DNA of 61,608 nt, the filler included, from Sphacelaria rigidula (Eukaryota), in the NCBI GenBank assembly GCA_964200075.2. It is 8 parts of 8 records of this genome, joined end to end, with 100 filler letters (N's around TTAATTAATTAA, not from the genome) between each part and the next. Parts side by side here need not be neighbours in the genome. Positions count along the whole stretch, not along the records: positions 38,570 to 46,182 come from CAXNAA020014092.1; positions 46,283 to 53,895 come from CAXNAA020014093.1; 6 more parts are not named here. One strand, 5' to 3'. The notes under the pieces were generated by a model. The model was not told the DNA's origin. It ran no database searches and saw only the letters and a program-made list of their open reading frames with translations. The position numbers and the translations under genes were made by a program. How positions within the stretch are numbered: position 1 is the first letter of the stretch; the number at the start of each line of letters is the position of its first letter. This document shows positions 39,586-52,130 of the stretch, in pieces.

Positions 39586-42500
39586 CACCAGTTTTGGAAG
39601 CAGGAGGACCTCCGAGTGTATGACGCTACCAGGAGGTGGTCCCGGTGGCGGAGGCAGCAGCGGCTTCGGTGGCGGCCGGCCGACAAGACATCGAAGGGGA
39701 GGGAAACGTCGATCCACGGAACAAGTTCATCCAGCAGGAGCACCTGGGTCGTATGCTGTCGCAAGAGGGCGGGGTAAACCAGACGGGGGGGCGCGAAAAG
39801 CACAACCTCGCCAAAGAGCACGAACTCAAGCGGCCTTATTGGGTTCTTCAGTCGTATATGACGGTAGCGACGGTGGTGGCGTGGGGTACGCAGGCGATCG
39901 ACGTGGTCGAGATGGCGGGGAGGAAGGGAGGGCGCGGGCGGTACGGGGGAGAGACGAGGAAGGGCGGGGAGCCGCGGAACGGCGCGCTGGTACAGAGGAT
40001 CGCAAGTTTCGGATGCAGGCTGGTCAGAGCAATACCCTCGTGGCGGTCAGGTTGAGGCCATTGTCGAAGCACGACAGGGAGCAAGTGGAGGTGGCGAAGG
40101 TGAAACTGAATCTCGCTCGTTTGTGGCATAACATAGTCCATGAAGACCAGGCGAGAGGCTTTTATTGCGGTCGAACGGTATTGGCTACTTTGCGTTTGGT
40201 ACGTTAACTGTGGGAGAAGCCGCGAGAGCCTGTGAAAACTGACCAATCTGTATTGGTTTACCCGCGGAAGCAAAGTGCGCCCAATACCAAAAGGATAATC
40301 CACACCCAACTCTTGATGGATATTCGGGCACCGTCAGGTCTTGGACAACCGAGTGATTGTTCTCATGGATCCGGCCAAGATCAACCACGAAGTTGATCCT
40401 CTTCGGGTCAACCGCACGCGAGAAAAGAGGTAGGTTACGAAGAGCGATGTTGTTGCTCAATGTCCCTATTGAGCTGATTCCACTGAATGCTGTGTTACTG
40501 GGCTGTATGGTAATCTTCCTGTAAGGTGCCGTTTAGAAATCCTTTCTCAGATATACATAACCCATACACATGCCGTGCCCTCAACTGTATTGAACCCTTC
40601 TCTGATCGCAGTGCTTACTGCGCTCTGTCCGCGACACAGGTATGCCTTCGACTACGTATTCGACGCGTCGGCCACCCAGAGGGCAGTCTACGAAAACACA
40701 ACAAAATTTCTCATAAAGGTGCGACTAATCTGTAACGACGAAAGCCATGCGCACCGCCGCCACACGGACGGTGTCTACCGTGGATCTGCGACTAAAAGTT
40801 TTAACGGTCAGCAAGAGAGTACACGCCCTGTACATAACCTGTCTCAATCCCCCCGAGAGCGATACGACGGTGACTCGCACCTGCATCTGATATTTGCCGC
40901 TACACTGCACCTTTGGGCTTGTTTTCACACGCCGCCATCCCCGTTTTTTTTACTTTTCCCCCGCGTCAGGGTGTGCTGGACGGGTTTAACGCTACCGTTT
41001 TCGCATACGGGTGTACCGGCGCCGGGAAAACGTACACAATGATCGGGAACGACCAGGAAGGACACGAGGGAATCATGTACATGACCCTCCAAGACCTCTT
41101 TAACCAACAACGAAGGGTACGAGGCCTGGAAAGAATACACTTCTTTTGTTCTATGTTCTGATGACGGCTGTTAGCAGATTCACTACAAACATCCTTGTGT
41201 GCTTTTTTTCGAATCAAGGCTCCCGTGATTTCAGCTCCGCGTCCCAAGATTGTAACCACAAAAATCTCGCCCAGCAAATCGGAGCTCACCGTCACGTATT
41301 GGCTCAAAAACCTAGTGGTTATCATTTTTCATTCACAAGACGTTTCTCTTCCTGTTGGGTTGTATGCATATGATTTCGACCACTATATCACCCCACGACA
41401 TATATTTTCCTGCTACATAGTAAGGCTGGCATTGCGGAGAAAATACGTTTGCTACAGCGGCTTTCGAGCAGCGCTATACATGGAGAGCAGCGCCTGCTCG
41501 CTTCCGCCTGCGCCGCACTCTGCGTGTTCTTGAACTTCGTCACACATTTCCCACCGAGGCAAACCTACCTCTAAGCATAGTCGCCAGGTACACCTCTTCA
41601 CGAAACGGAAATACGCACAATATAATATGCGGTGGACAATCCTGCGACCCGGTGGTGTAATGGTCCGACTGTCGCCATTAGGGTGGAGAGAGCGAGGGTT
41701 CGATTCCCGATGCGTTGGGTTTTTCTTCGTAATGTATGACTTCCACCGTGGAAAGCGTGAGAACGTGAGTAGACAAAGTAGTCGACTGGATTTGTGTGAC
41801 GTGAGTTGACGCGGTGCGGGATTGCTGACCCAATCCGCGAGACCAAAATGTAAGGTGCGTACCGGGGAGAGATGGGTTGATCCCTTGACACCACGGCCTC
41901 ATTTCGAGGAAGGGGAGGAGTTCAAAGTGTGAGAAAAACAAATCCTAAGCAGGGCATCGCTGCCATTTTCCGCGTACGCGCGTGGGTGCAATGCATGACT
42001 CAACTGGTGAAATACGGCAGGTAGGGGTGAGAGCGAGGTAGCATTCACGACGAAGGGGGGGTGTTGCCGTTCCCATCTTCTGGTCCACTGTTCACCACGC
42101 CGCGTGTTTTCCCGTTGTGGGCTTTGGGTGTTATCTTGATGAAAACAAAATGAACAGGCGAGCGAGGTCCAAGATAGACGCTACTCTGTCACTGTTTCCT
42201 TCCTCGAGGTATGTGCGCTGCTCGGCGTTACTATCAGTGTACTGACATTACACAACGCACGACATGAGTATAAAATACCGCTCAGTCAACACGCGATGTG
42301 ATAGTATTCGAGTCATCTAGATAAACCGTGGAGTACTCTTGTCCCTCACGCCGTGCAGGATGTCTGAGTCGCGTGCTGTTCCGTGTGCAGATTCATCCTA
42401 CCCCCGTTACGATGCTGCGACGAGGCATTTCGAAAAAATTGTAGCAGTATCGAGCAGGATGTCAGCAAAATGGCATGTGTGCGTGAGCAAGATGGCGAGC

Positions 42501-43728
42501 GCTCGTGTGCAAACTGTGGGACAGACGCAGGCTAACAAAAAGGGGGTATGAACGTACCTGAGCGAAAAGGGATGGACGATGTTTTTTATAAGAGATTGAT
42601 GTGACCTCTCGATCAAGCCTTCCACGCCATCGTGCTTACACCCTTTTCATATTGGTAGGTCGTTCATTCACACATACATATATACACACACACGCACACA
42701 CACCCGCTCGTTCTCATCCATTTTGCTTCCCCTCACTCGCTCTGTTAATGTCTGGAAGGTATACAACGAGAATATCAGAGACCTCCTCAACGACACCGGC
42801 GAGTTTCTAGATCTGCGAGAAGACCCGATCAAGGTACAGTGGAGAGAGTGTGGCCCCTCGAAGCGCGGACAGCGTCACTCGTCACAAGTCCGACCCGCTT
42901 TGCCGTTATCAAGTATGCCTTGGATACAATCCCGCAGAGTCTAGTACGACCACACGCGTCAGTCGAGGGTTCATCATCCACGACTCGCAAAGCGTGCTCG
43001 CTGTTCCAGTACTGTGCAGGGTTTTCACCATAGTGTGACAGTGTTGGGTCGGTTCCCCACCGCACTGCGGCTGAACATCCACTGAACATCTTTATATGTA
43101 TGTGTGTATTTACGATACACGGAAGCTAGCATGCAATACTGCACCCTTTTCGGGGGATACTTGCACGACAATTTCAGTATATACATGCACAAGTGATTGA
43201 GGTATGCACGTACGAGACGATATTAGACGATGTCTTTGCGATCACTGAACTTATCGATGAGCCATCCTACATTGGAACATGCGTTCGACAAAACGCCCTG
43301 CCGGAAGGAGGTACGTTGAGACGCTGCATGACGCGCATCTTTTGTTTCTGTTGGAGGAAGGAGGAAGCCTCACCCAACACTTACCCCGCGAACGGGTTCG
43401 TGTTCCGATTACACTGAGGCTCGGCTAGACCGCCTCGCGGCAGTCATGTGAGGGTAGGCGCCTCGAGCGTTCTGAAAGCTTTGCTCAAGGAAGTGTGGGG
43501 GTTTAACCCACTAGAATCCCCGTCAACTTGGCGCAGTGCGCGCGCCGCCCTCCGGCTATGAACTTCGGCCCTGGGTTGAGGCACTAAACAGTATCCGAGA
43601 GTGTCCTTGATGGTCACGTTCAGCGACGTGTCGGTAGCTTGGCGAAATTTTACCCCGACGAAAAATGCACGTATAGGAGGGTGTCGGTATGCTTCACGCA
43701 CATGAAGCCTCTTGTTTCGTGCGAAGAT

Positions 43729-43785
<57 letters not shown>

Positions 43786-44229
43786 TACACACACGTATAA
43801 TGTGTAATGGCTTCGATGCTGCAGCGGGGATAAGAGTGTCCCGACGGGCGCAATGACCGTATTGGTTTATCTGTACTTGGGCAGAGAGGGAGAATAGTAA
43901 GGCAATGTGCGCAGGAGGCATAAATTCGCGTGCAAACCTCTAACGACACTAATCGTGACGCCCGCAGCGACAAATGCTGTAAACCACAGGAATACTCGAA
44001 AAACGGATCGTGCAGCATAAAAACACGATTTTCGTGCGGACAAACCATCATAAATCGGTTACTATATATAGATATATAGATATGTAGATATATAATGTGC
44101 TATGCCGTTCTGTTCGACCCCTTTTTTTTCTGTCCATTTGTTTCCTAAGAGCGTGTTTCAGTTTCCTTTTTCTTGGGTACGTCTATCATACGACCACGGC
44201 TGGACCCCCGGGGGATCAGTTAAAGTGCG

Positions 44230-44263
<34 letters not shown>

Positions 44264-44850
44264 ACTATTGGTCCTGTGGTAAACAGCTGACTTCGGTGTG
44301 CCACGCTGGAAGGTTAGTTCGTGGAATTTGGCACCCCCTATACACATTCCCCCGCCCCTCACCCCCACGACCGACCCTCCGATTTTTCCTTATTTTGTTT
44401 CACCACTTGAGTTTTGCACTTTGTTGTAGTGGTCCGACTGTCGCCATCAGGGTGGAGAAAAGGAGGATTCGATTCTCGGTGCGTTGCGTTTTTTCTTCGT
44501 AGTGTATGATTTCCACCGTGAAAAGCGTGAGAACGTGAATGAACAAGGTAGTGCGACACATAAATGAATAAAATAAATAAATGTACCCAGCATGCAGATA
44601 TTTTTCCCGGTATCTCCGCCTTTTTATCTAATTGCTACCACGCGAGCGGTCTTTGTCCTGCTTGATGTACGTCGCTAATCCACTGCCAAATGAACCATCT
44701 ATGCAGGGGCCGACGGTTTCCGGCTTGGCGGAAGTTGAGGCTCGTTCCCCGGAAGAGATCATGGATCTACTCAACCAGGGAAACCAGAGCAGGACACAAC
44801 AGGCTACGCGCGCGAACGCCGTATCGTCGCGCTCTCACGCAGTTTTGCAG
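39216..44850 (+). CDS. Kinesin-8 family motor (KIF18/KIF19-like), partial. Exons 39216-40099, 40338-40429, 40640-40718, 40970-41116, 42158-42208, 42759-42833, 44707-44850
   Basis: In-phase GT-AG exons: VAVRLRPL, NRTREKRYAFDYVFD, GFNATVFAYGCTGAGKTYTM (P-loop), VSFLEVYNENIRDLL, LDLREDP, NAVSSRSHAVLQ (switch I); 5' start uncertain, remaining exons not found before the block end. Confidence 0.93.
39527..39583 (+). repeat. Coding (GCG/GCA)n repeat encoding 19 Ala
   Basis: Direct read of the sequence. Confidence 0.9.
41650..41790 (+). mobile_element. tRNA-derived SINE copy 1 (kinesin intron)
   Basis: A box TGGTGTAATGG (41653-41663), B box GGTTCGATTCC (41697-41707), body shared with 44422-44555. 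Confidence 0.75.
43731..43795. repeat. (CA)n microsatellite
   Basis: About 25 uninterrupted CA units. Confidence 0.97.
44176..44261 (+). mobile_element. Non-LTR 3' end with (AATC)n tail, copy 5
   Basis: tacgtctatcatacgaccacggctggacccccggggg...aagtgcgacaatcaatcaatcaatcaatcaatcaatc. Confidence 0.8.
44422..44582 (+). mobile_element. tRNA-derived SINE copy 2 with (TAAA)n tail
   Basis: tggtccgactgtcgccat.agggtggaga...ttcgattc...ttccaccgtg.aaagcgtgagaacgtga; A-rich tail. Confidence 0.75.
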
Positions 44851-46114
44851 GTAGCAAAGGAAAGCTGTTGTGTAGTGGTTTGCCCCTGTTGGCGTCTGTT
44901 GACGCGTTTTGCTGTTCTACAACGGCCCTCTGTTTTCATATATGATTATCATCATTTTCCGGTTGCTTTTTGATGGTCAAGATTTTCACATTCGTTCCTT
45001 CAGTAGTTAGAGCTCGCAAATGGTACGGATTGTAATTGGCCATTAATATTATAATGGTAGTAATGGTGATGGTTATATGAAAAAAATCGGATAATTGTTT
45101 CAAACCATTATTTACCGTCACCGGCTTTTGCTCTTGAAAATGCCCCAAATTTTACGTATTTTTTAGCTCTATTGAAGGCAAATCGTGTCAAAACGTGCCT
45201 CCGGCACGGTGCCTCCAGCGCCCCCCCCTCTGCTGGGGGGGGCTTTTAGGCTCGCGGCTGCGGCGCTCGATGACCAAACCATTATGTACCATTTAACTGG
45301 TTAGTGGCTAGGCAAACCGTTTCCGAGCTCTATCGGTAGGGTTTATGTCGCAGTCTTTCACTCACACTGTAGAGTGCTAATCGTAACGTTTCCTCGTCTT
45401 CCCACTTGCTGGGTTTGTTATTGCTTAGATGGTTGTTACTTCACCACTCGATCAATATCTTGTTCGTTCGGTGTTGCTTCGCGTGGAACGCTGGTAACCA
45501 TGGGGTCTCGCCTTAGCAGACAGCGTGCACCGCATGTTTTTGCCCTCGAGAGCGATGAGGTTGTACATCAAAGTCACGGCAAATTGACAGATTGCCGAAC
45601 ATGTAAATAGAGAAAGCAGTGTCCATTGAGTGCAGATCGCGCTCCGGACGAGTACAATGTTGGGATTGTGCTCAGCATGAATATCAAAGTTGGGGCGGGA
45701 ATAATGCGGAACAGTTCCTCGATCGGGATATGGAACAGGAAGAGGGAGACGAGAGGTACGAAAACAAAATGCGCACACGGACAGCGGACACATGCACCAA
45801 AGAAAGAAAGGCAAAGAGACGGAGATAACAGTGTAGGGACCCTTTTGTGATACTGACCTACGCTAGGTGCCAAGTGCAAAAAGGGCGACTGATGCCGCGA
45901 TACTCTCCCCCCCAAAACAAATTGGCTGGTTTGAGGACGAAAAATCTACAGACGAATCAAAATGACAACGACTAAGCACACCGAGAAGCTGCGAACTCGC
46001 CCGTTTGGGATTGCTTTCGCCAATGTCGCCCATATGAGGCGCTTCGTGCAGTCTGAAATTAGCTATTATGCGCTGTGTATCTATTGTCTTCGTGGCAGTT
46101 GTGGGACTGGTCTG

Positions 46115-46182
46115 GGGGGTGGTGTGTACTCATGATCATGCATGCCACAGTCATAAGACCATTGACCTCGCATCCCTACAAA
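46115..46182 (-). mobile_element. 3' end of C-tract-associated LINE (subfamily B); another fragment at 46300-46340
   Basis: gggggg..gtgtactcatgatcatgcatgccacagtcataagaccattgacctcgcatccctacaaa is the reverse complement of 26000-26063. Confidence 0.8.
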
Positions 46183-46391
46183 NNNNNNNNNNNNNNNNNN
46201 NNNNNNNNNNNNNNNNNNNNNNNNNNTTAATTAATTAANNNNNNNNNNNNNNNNNNNNNNNNNNNNNNNNNNNNNNNNNNNNACCCCATCGGGGGTCCGC
46301 CCCTACAAAGCCGGGACGGAGCACGCCGGGTTTTCACCGGACCAAGCTATAAATATGGTGCAGTTGGACGGTTGATGATGAGGATTCCCGA

Positions 46392-47180
46392 TTATGCTCC
46401 CGGACAAGTGCTGGTGATGGAGAACGAGTATCGTGCGGAACCACTGGATCACACCGGTTCATCTGCCAGTGTCGAACCAAATCGATCTCCCCGAGCAACC
46501 GATGGTGGCGGACATCCACTGTGCCATGTGTAAGGTCACCGGCCAATGCTTTTTCATCTGCCAGAGTCAGTAAACGAAGATGCCCCCGACCGAGTGCTGG
46601 TGTTGGATAACGATGGTAGCGTGTAAACTCTGTGCCTAGCATATTCTCACCTTCCAAGGCCTGAGTAAAGATGATGTCCCCGAGCAAGTGCCCATGGTTA
46701 ACGACGAGTGTCATATGTAAGGTCCCTTGCTACTAATATTTCATCTGCCATGGTAAAATAATAAGCTCCCGGACAAGTGCTGGTGATGGAGAACGGGTAT
46801 CATGTGTAACCACTGGATCACACCGGTTCATTTGCCAGGGTCGAACCAAAAATGACCTCCTGAGCAACTGATGATGATGGAAAACCAGTTTCATGTGAAA
46901 ATGACTGGGACACATTCGCTCATTTGCCGGGGTCGAAGCAGACACGACGTTCCCAATTACCACCCAAAAAAATAACTAGCCAATATATTTTCATATCTCA
47001 GGGTCGAATGATGGACGATGTCCCCGCAGGACAGCCGGCGGTTCTCGACAGTTATGATGTGAACATGACCGGGTAAATTATTTTCCCCCACGAGGCGCAA
47101 ATCTTGGGTTATGTTTCTTTCATCTGCTAGGCGCTCACTGAAAATGGTGGTTATACAGGAATGCTGATGGTGGACCAAGA
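46392..47180. repeat. Degenerate minisatellite of about 92 bp with about 369-bp higher-order repeat
   Basis: Unit starts near 46392, 46484, 46578, 46673, 46762, 46853; ttcatctgcca recurs; 46398-46505 closely matches 46767-46875. Confidence 0.75.
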
Positions 47181-48409
47181 TCGAGATATGTAAAATGCAG
47201 AGAAATGGGCATGTTTATAGACGCGTTGAAGGATCACGACAAATCCGAAAAGACTTCCAAAAAGAGTACAACAAACTGAGAACGACAACCACTACGTCCA
47301 CCCAATCAAGGTCACCACGTGACCACCCACACTACGTCTCACCCACAGCAAGCACACACCGACAGCGATAGAAGGCTTTCCCTCCCAGCGGTCATCTCCC
47401 CCCGCCACTGCAACGCGCCCTACCAAGTCTTTCCCTCCTCAAGTACCGCACGCAAGGCTACATCAACCCGCCCAAAGCGGTCGAACACTCGCATCGAGGG
47501 AAAGTCGCAAAAGCACCGTCCGCGGATCCAAATTTCAAATGCGCAGACCGTAGTAGCCCCTCCCTTTCTGTGGTGCATACTATTTCGTACGATCCTAATA
47601 ATGGTTTCCCTATTGATGGCCCCGTTGCGTACCTCGTGAACGACTCGTAGAGAGTAAGTCAAGACCTCTCGTGTCATGTTGGACAGCGTACGGACGTGCA
47701 AAGTCAGGAGGGAATTGTCTTGGTCGTGAGGGTTAAGATTGATGCCGCTGATTTCGAGGCATTGAGACAAACCAGAGTACTTTCGCCTGCAGTCGGCGTC
47801 ACGGTTATTCTCGTGTGGACCATATGGCCCGACATACATCCCGTTCGAACAACCCGTGTGGGGGTGGGGGCGACGCCGGCCGTTACGGGTGTGCGTGTGG
47901 CCATCGTTGGCCGTGTCGTGGAATCTTATTCTGTAGCCTGCGACCTTGGAGTCCTGCCCGGCGCTGTCATGCGGAAGAACGTTCGGGGCCAGCGCTATTT
48001 GTAGAGACTCGACCGAGGCAACATTTCAGTTGAAGCCGATACCACTGCGTACGGCGCGCTCTGAAACATGGCGGGGGACGAGCACGGACGAGTACATGAC
48101 GGTCGAACCCGCAGGCAACACTGACCATGAGTGCGTTTCGGGCTTTTCGATGCATGATTATGAAGCAGTACAGTGTACGGACTACCTCGTGTGGGCTACA
48201 CCGGGAAACTAGGGTACAATGGCTCGCACATTGGGAAATTTCAGCGTGCGTGTGTGGCAGCGCGCATGGGAAATCTTTGATTGCGGGACTTCGAGCTACG
48301 AGCACGCGCGACGGACTGACTAACTGGCTCTCATCCGTTCTTCCGGGTCAGTAGGGAGCAGGTCTTTCACAACGAACCGGACCTTGGCCTGCGCGAGGCA
48401 TAGTAAATT

Positions 48410-49360
48410 AAAAAGCTCACGGTTGAGAATCTTGACGAACAGGAACTAAGTAAGTAGCTCGTGGTGCAAAAAAAAAGATCGAGCAAACGAGCCATCAGTG
48501 GAAAAAAATGAATAGCTTGAGCAGTCGAGTCATTACTCGTGGTGAAGAACGAGATGACTACAGCCCCCGAGTCACCGCTCGTGGTTAAAAAATAGTCATG
48601 ACCTGGGGAAACTAGTCATTGCTTGTGATTCAAAGAATGACCAGCTCGAGCACTCGAGTCATTGCTCGTGGGAACATTAAAAAAAAATCTCGAGTACACG
48701 GGGCAGCGTTCGTGGTTCAAAAAATGAATAGCTCCAGTCATTGCTCGTGGGAACAAAATATTAGACTCGAGTACACGAGTCAGTGCGCGTGGTCAAACAA
48801 ATTAGTAGCTTGAGCAGTCAAGTCATTACTCGTGGTGAAGAAATAGATGACGATGTCCAGCCCACGCGTCACCGCTCGTGGTTTTAAAAATGAACGGCGC
48901 GAGCACACGAGTCATTGCTCATGGTTGAAAAAAACAATGACTCAAGCACACGAGTCTGTGCTCGTGATTGGAAAAGTAAATGACTCAAGTATACGAGTAA
49001 GTGCTCATGGTTAAAAATTCTCGTGGTGGTAAAAGTGAGATGACTGGTTGAAAAACTAAATGACTCGAGCAAAAGACTTACGGCTCGTGGTGAAAAAATG
49101 AATAACTCGAGCAAACGGGTCCATTCTCGTGGTGAAAAAAATAACTGACTCAAGCACTCGAGTCGTTTCTCATGGCGAAAACCAAAAATAGCTCGAGCAC
49201 TCGAGTCATTGCTCGTGGTGGAGAAATACATGACTCAAGTGCTCGAGTCGTTGCTCGTGGTGCAAAAAATGAGTGATTCGAGGAAAAGAGTCACGGTCGT
49301 TCCTTCCAAAATAAATCACTCAAGCATACGAGTCATCCTCGGTATGTGAAAAAAACAGTA
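48410..49360. repeat. Tandem minisatellite of about 41 bp, roughly 20 copies (gactcgagcactcgagtcattgctcgtggtgaaaaaaat)
   Basis: ctcgtggt recurs about every 40-42 bp. Confidence 0.9.
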
Positions 49361-49889
49361 ACGAATGCACTCGTTTCGACGTCGTCTCGGCTCACGTACA
49401 CTAGTATCCTAAACTTTCACACCGAGTCAAAAGAAATAGGGGGGGCACTTTCTACATTAGTCCCCCCCCCCAAAAAAAAAACAACCGAAAAACGTCACGA
49501 ACAAAACGGTCCTACAGCGCCTGATGCTTCGCTTATATATATATATATATATGGGTAACATCAGCAAGAACTAACCCAGGCGTGGGAGTTCCCAGCTGCT
49601 CGTTGTGCTCGGTTTTTCCATTTCGATTCACGCGAAGATTTTGCCTCCCCAAACCAGGCACTTTTGAGAGGGAGACTAGCGTAGAAAGTCTCGGGGACTA
49701 TCACCGCACTCTACACACGTTCAACCCGAGAACGGCATCTGGTCGGTCCTTTTCATTCTCCTGTGTCACATATTTTTTTTATTCATTTTTTTTAAATAAA
49801 TTTTTCGGGTGGCTTTTGAGGATAAAAAAACGTTGCTCTTGGACCTTACCTCAGTTTTTTTAACTCAATCTCCTAAATTGTGATTTTGA

Positions 49890-50900
49890 AGAACATGGAG
49901 AAGAGCAACGACATCCTGAAAAAAAAAGCCTCCACCTTCTTTTTGGGAGGGAGGTTAGGGCTTTCTCGGAAATGATGTTTTTTTTTTCCATACTCAAACG
50001 TCCTAGACCAATAAAAAAAACAAAAATAAATACTGACCCATTTTCAACAGTGGATTATCGAAAATGGGGTTGAAAAAAATGAGGTTCAACTCAAAAGCCG
50101 TGCTTTCCCTGATCTAAATTCATGACAAATGACTTTCATATGGACGGCCTCATCCCTCCCGATCTCTCTAAAACTCTTTCGGGGAGTTTTTAGTCTTCCG
50201 TTCTCCCAAAGGGTATGTGCGAAAGCACACTTTTGCCTCGATTTCGGTGTGAAAAAAAGACATTTTTTGGCCCGACAATCGTGCTTTCGCGCATACCCTT
50301 TGGGGGAACGGAAGGCTAGAAATCCCCCGAAATAGTTTTGGCAGGGCGGGAGGGATGGGGTCCTCCATATGAAAATTAATTTGTCGTAAATTTAGGTCAG
50401 GGAAAGCACGGCTTTTGGGCTGAACATCATATATTTTTTCAACCCCAATTCCGAGAATCCACTGTTTTTTCTTGCTTCATGTCCTAGCGAGGTCCCACAC
50501 AAAATTCCAACACACAAGAACCAAACCTGGGGCGGTAAGTGGCCCGCAATATACTGTTCCGAATTTCGATCGGCCCGGTTTTCAAACGGCCCATCCGCAG
50601 CTCAATTGTTTCAGTCAGACCTTAAAATTTGGCATGGACAACGAACAGGTCATGATACAAAAACGCACGCATGGGCCCTAATCCTTGTTTTTCTTTCTTA
50701 GTTGAAGACAATCACCAGTTTTCAGGTTCAGTGAAATGCTGTTGATTCATGGAGAAAATGCTTCGGGTCCACGCATACGTCTTTTTAATTGTAGCCTATG
50801 CATTGTCCATACCGAATTTAAAGGTCCAACGTGGAATAGTAAGCTGCGAATCGGCCTACAAACTGATAAATCCGCTTCTAGGCTGGCCCAACGCGTATCG
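49890..50900 (+). mobile_element. Non-autonomous DNA element homologous to 59030-59570, interrupted by a palindromic insert
   Basis: ggaggttagggc.ttctcg, ctgaccca, catg.cctagcgagg..ccacacaaaatt, aatccgc.tctaggctg shared. Confidence 0.7.
50046..50466. mobile_element. Palindromic MITE (AACAGTGGATT...AATCCACTGTT), candidate TTTTC target duplication
   Basis: About 185-bp inverted arms; absent from the homologous host copy near 59195-59210. Confidence 0.85.
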
Positions 50901-51699
50901 AGCACCACATCCACCAACCTAGCATGAATCGACCATTCTTTTTTCCTGAAAGCTATTAGAATCGGGGCATAATATCTGCAAATCGAGCACTGCTTTCGGT
51001 GAGATTAAGAGCATAAAATGACGACTACACGAGGGTGATTAGGAGAACCCTACATTGTGCGGCAGCACGAGAACGTTCATCAGTCCAAATAGCAATGTCA
51101 ACAGACGCCAGGCCAACCAAATGCTTACTTCCAAACTGAAAAAGATGGGAGCGCGTGAGTGGAGGGGCTCGGAGGGTATGGCGTGGAAAAACGTACAAAC
51201 TTCATCACCGCACATCAGTATTCCGCTGAAAAGCTTGAAAACCTATTTGTTGCATATTGTTTGTGGTACCAGACAAGAGGTTGCACATCTATGAGTACGG
51301 TAAAAACGTTTGCTTCGATTCTGAAATGTTCACTACACGGTCGTTTTCAGAGTTTTCGGTTCATTTGTGTCGTATCCACCGCCCTCTCCTTCGGCCGCCT
51401 AGAGTTATTGCACTCGGAAATTAGGGCAAACCTAACACCGATACAACATTGCACACATGTACTCACACGGTAACACTCTGACGCCGAACCACAAGGATCA
51501 ACGATATTTTATGTGAGGAAATTGCAATTTACCAGTCACGGACTCACTTTTAGCATTCGCAAAATTGGCATATGTTCTTGTCGCATTGGCAGCCTGCCTC
51601 GACCACCTCTACCTGGGATGCGCCGCGCAGCAGTCGCTCGACGACGTCCCGTCGGTGCTCGTCCAATTTAGCCTCCGCCACCTGCAAGCGGCGCCCGCC

Positions 51700-52130
51700 C
51701 AGTCCCTTCTGGACCGCCTCCCGCCGGCGCTCGGTCGAGCGAGTCTCTCCCACCTGCCAGCGGAGCCTGCCCCTTCACACCTCGACCTGCCAGCGGGGCC
51801 CGCCCAGACTAACTTCGGCCGGCTACCGCAACCGCACGAGTGCCTGCCAAGTGTCACGGGTGCCTGTCCTCCCGCCGGCACTCGGCCACCGCCCGCGGAC
51901 GCTCGGCCGAACGAGCCCGTCCCAACTGTCACCGGTGCCTGCCCACTTCCTTCTCGGCCACCTCCCGCCGGCGCTCGGCCGAGCGAGTCTCTTTAAGTCT
52001 GTCTCACGTCCTAGCTGCGCCCGCCCAAACCAACGCTGGCCGGCGTCCGCCGGCACTTGACCGCCCCCCGCCGACGCTCGACCGAACGAGTCCTTGCTAA
52101 TCATCACTGGCGCCTGCCCAACCACACCTC
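51700..52130 (+). repeat. GC-rich degenerate repeats (cccgccggcgctcggccgagcgagtc)
   Basis: Motif at about 51720, 51870-51915, 51964, 52046-52095. Confidence 0.7.

Noticed and set aside
41650..41720. tRNA gene
   Set aside because: A/B boxes are present but there is no convincing acceptor stem, and it continues into a body shared with a second copy (SINE)
46115..46340. Continuity of one element across the spacer
   Set aside because: Both sides contain ccctacaaa and block 7 has about 20 unrelated bases before it, so these are separate copies
48410..49360. CRISPR-like array of palindromic repeats
   Set aside because: Units are contiguous with no unique spacers, there are no cas genes, and the context is eukaryotic; it is a minisatellite
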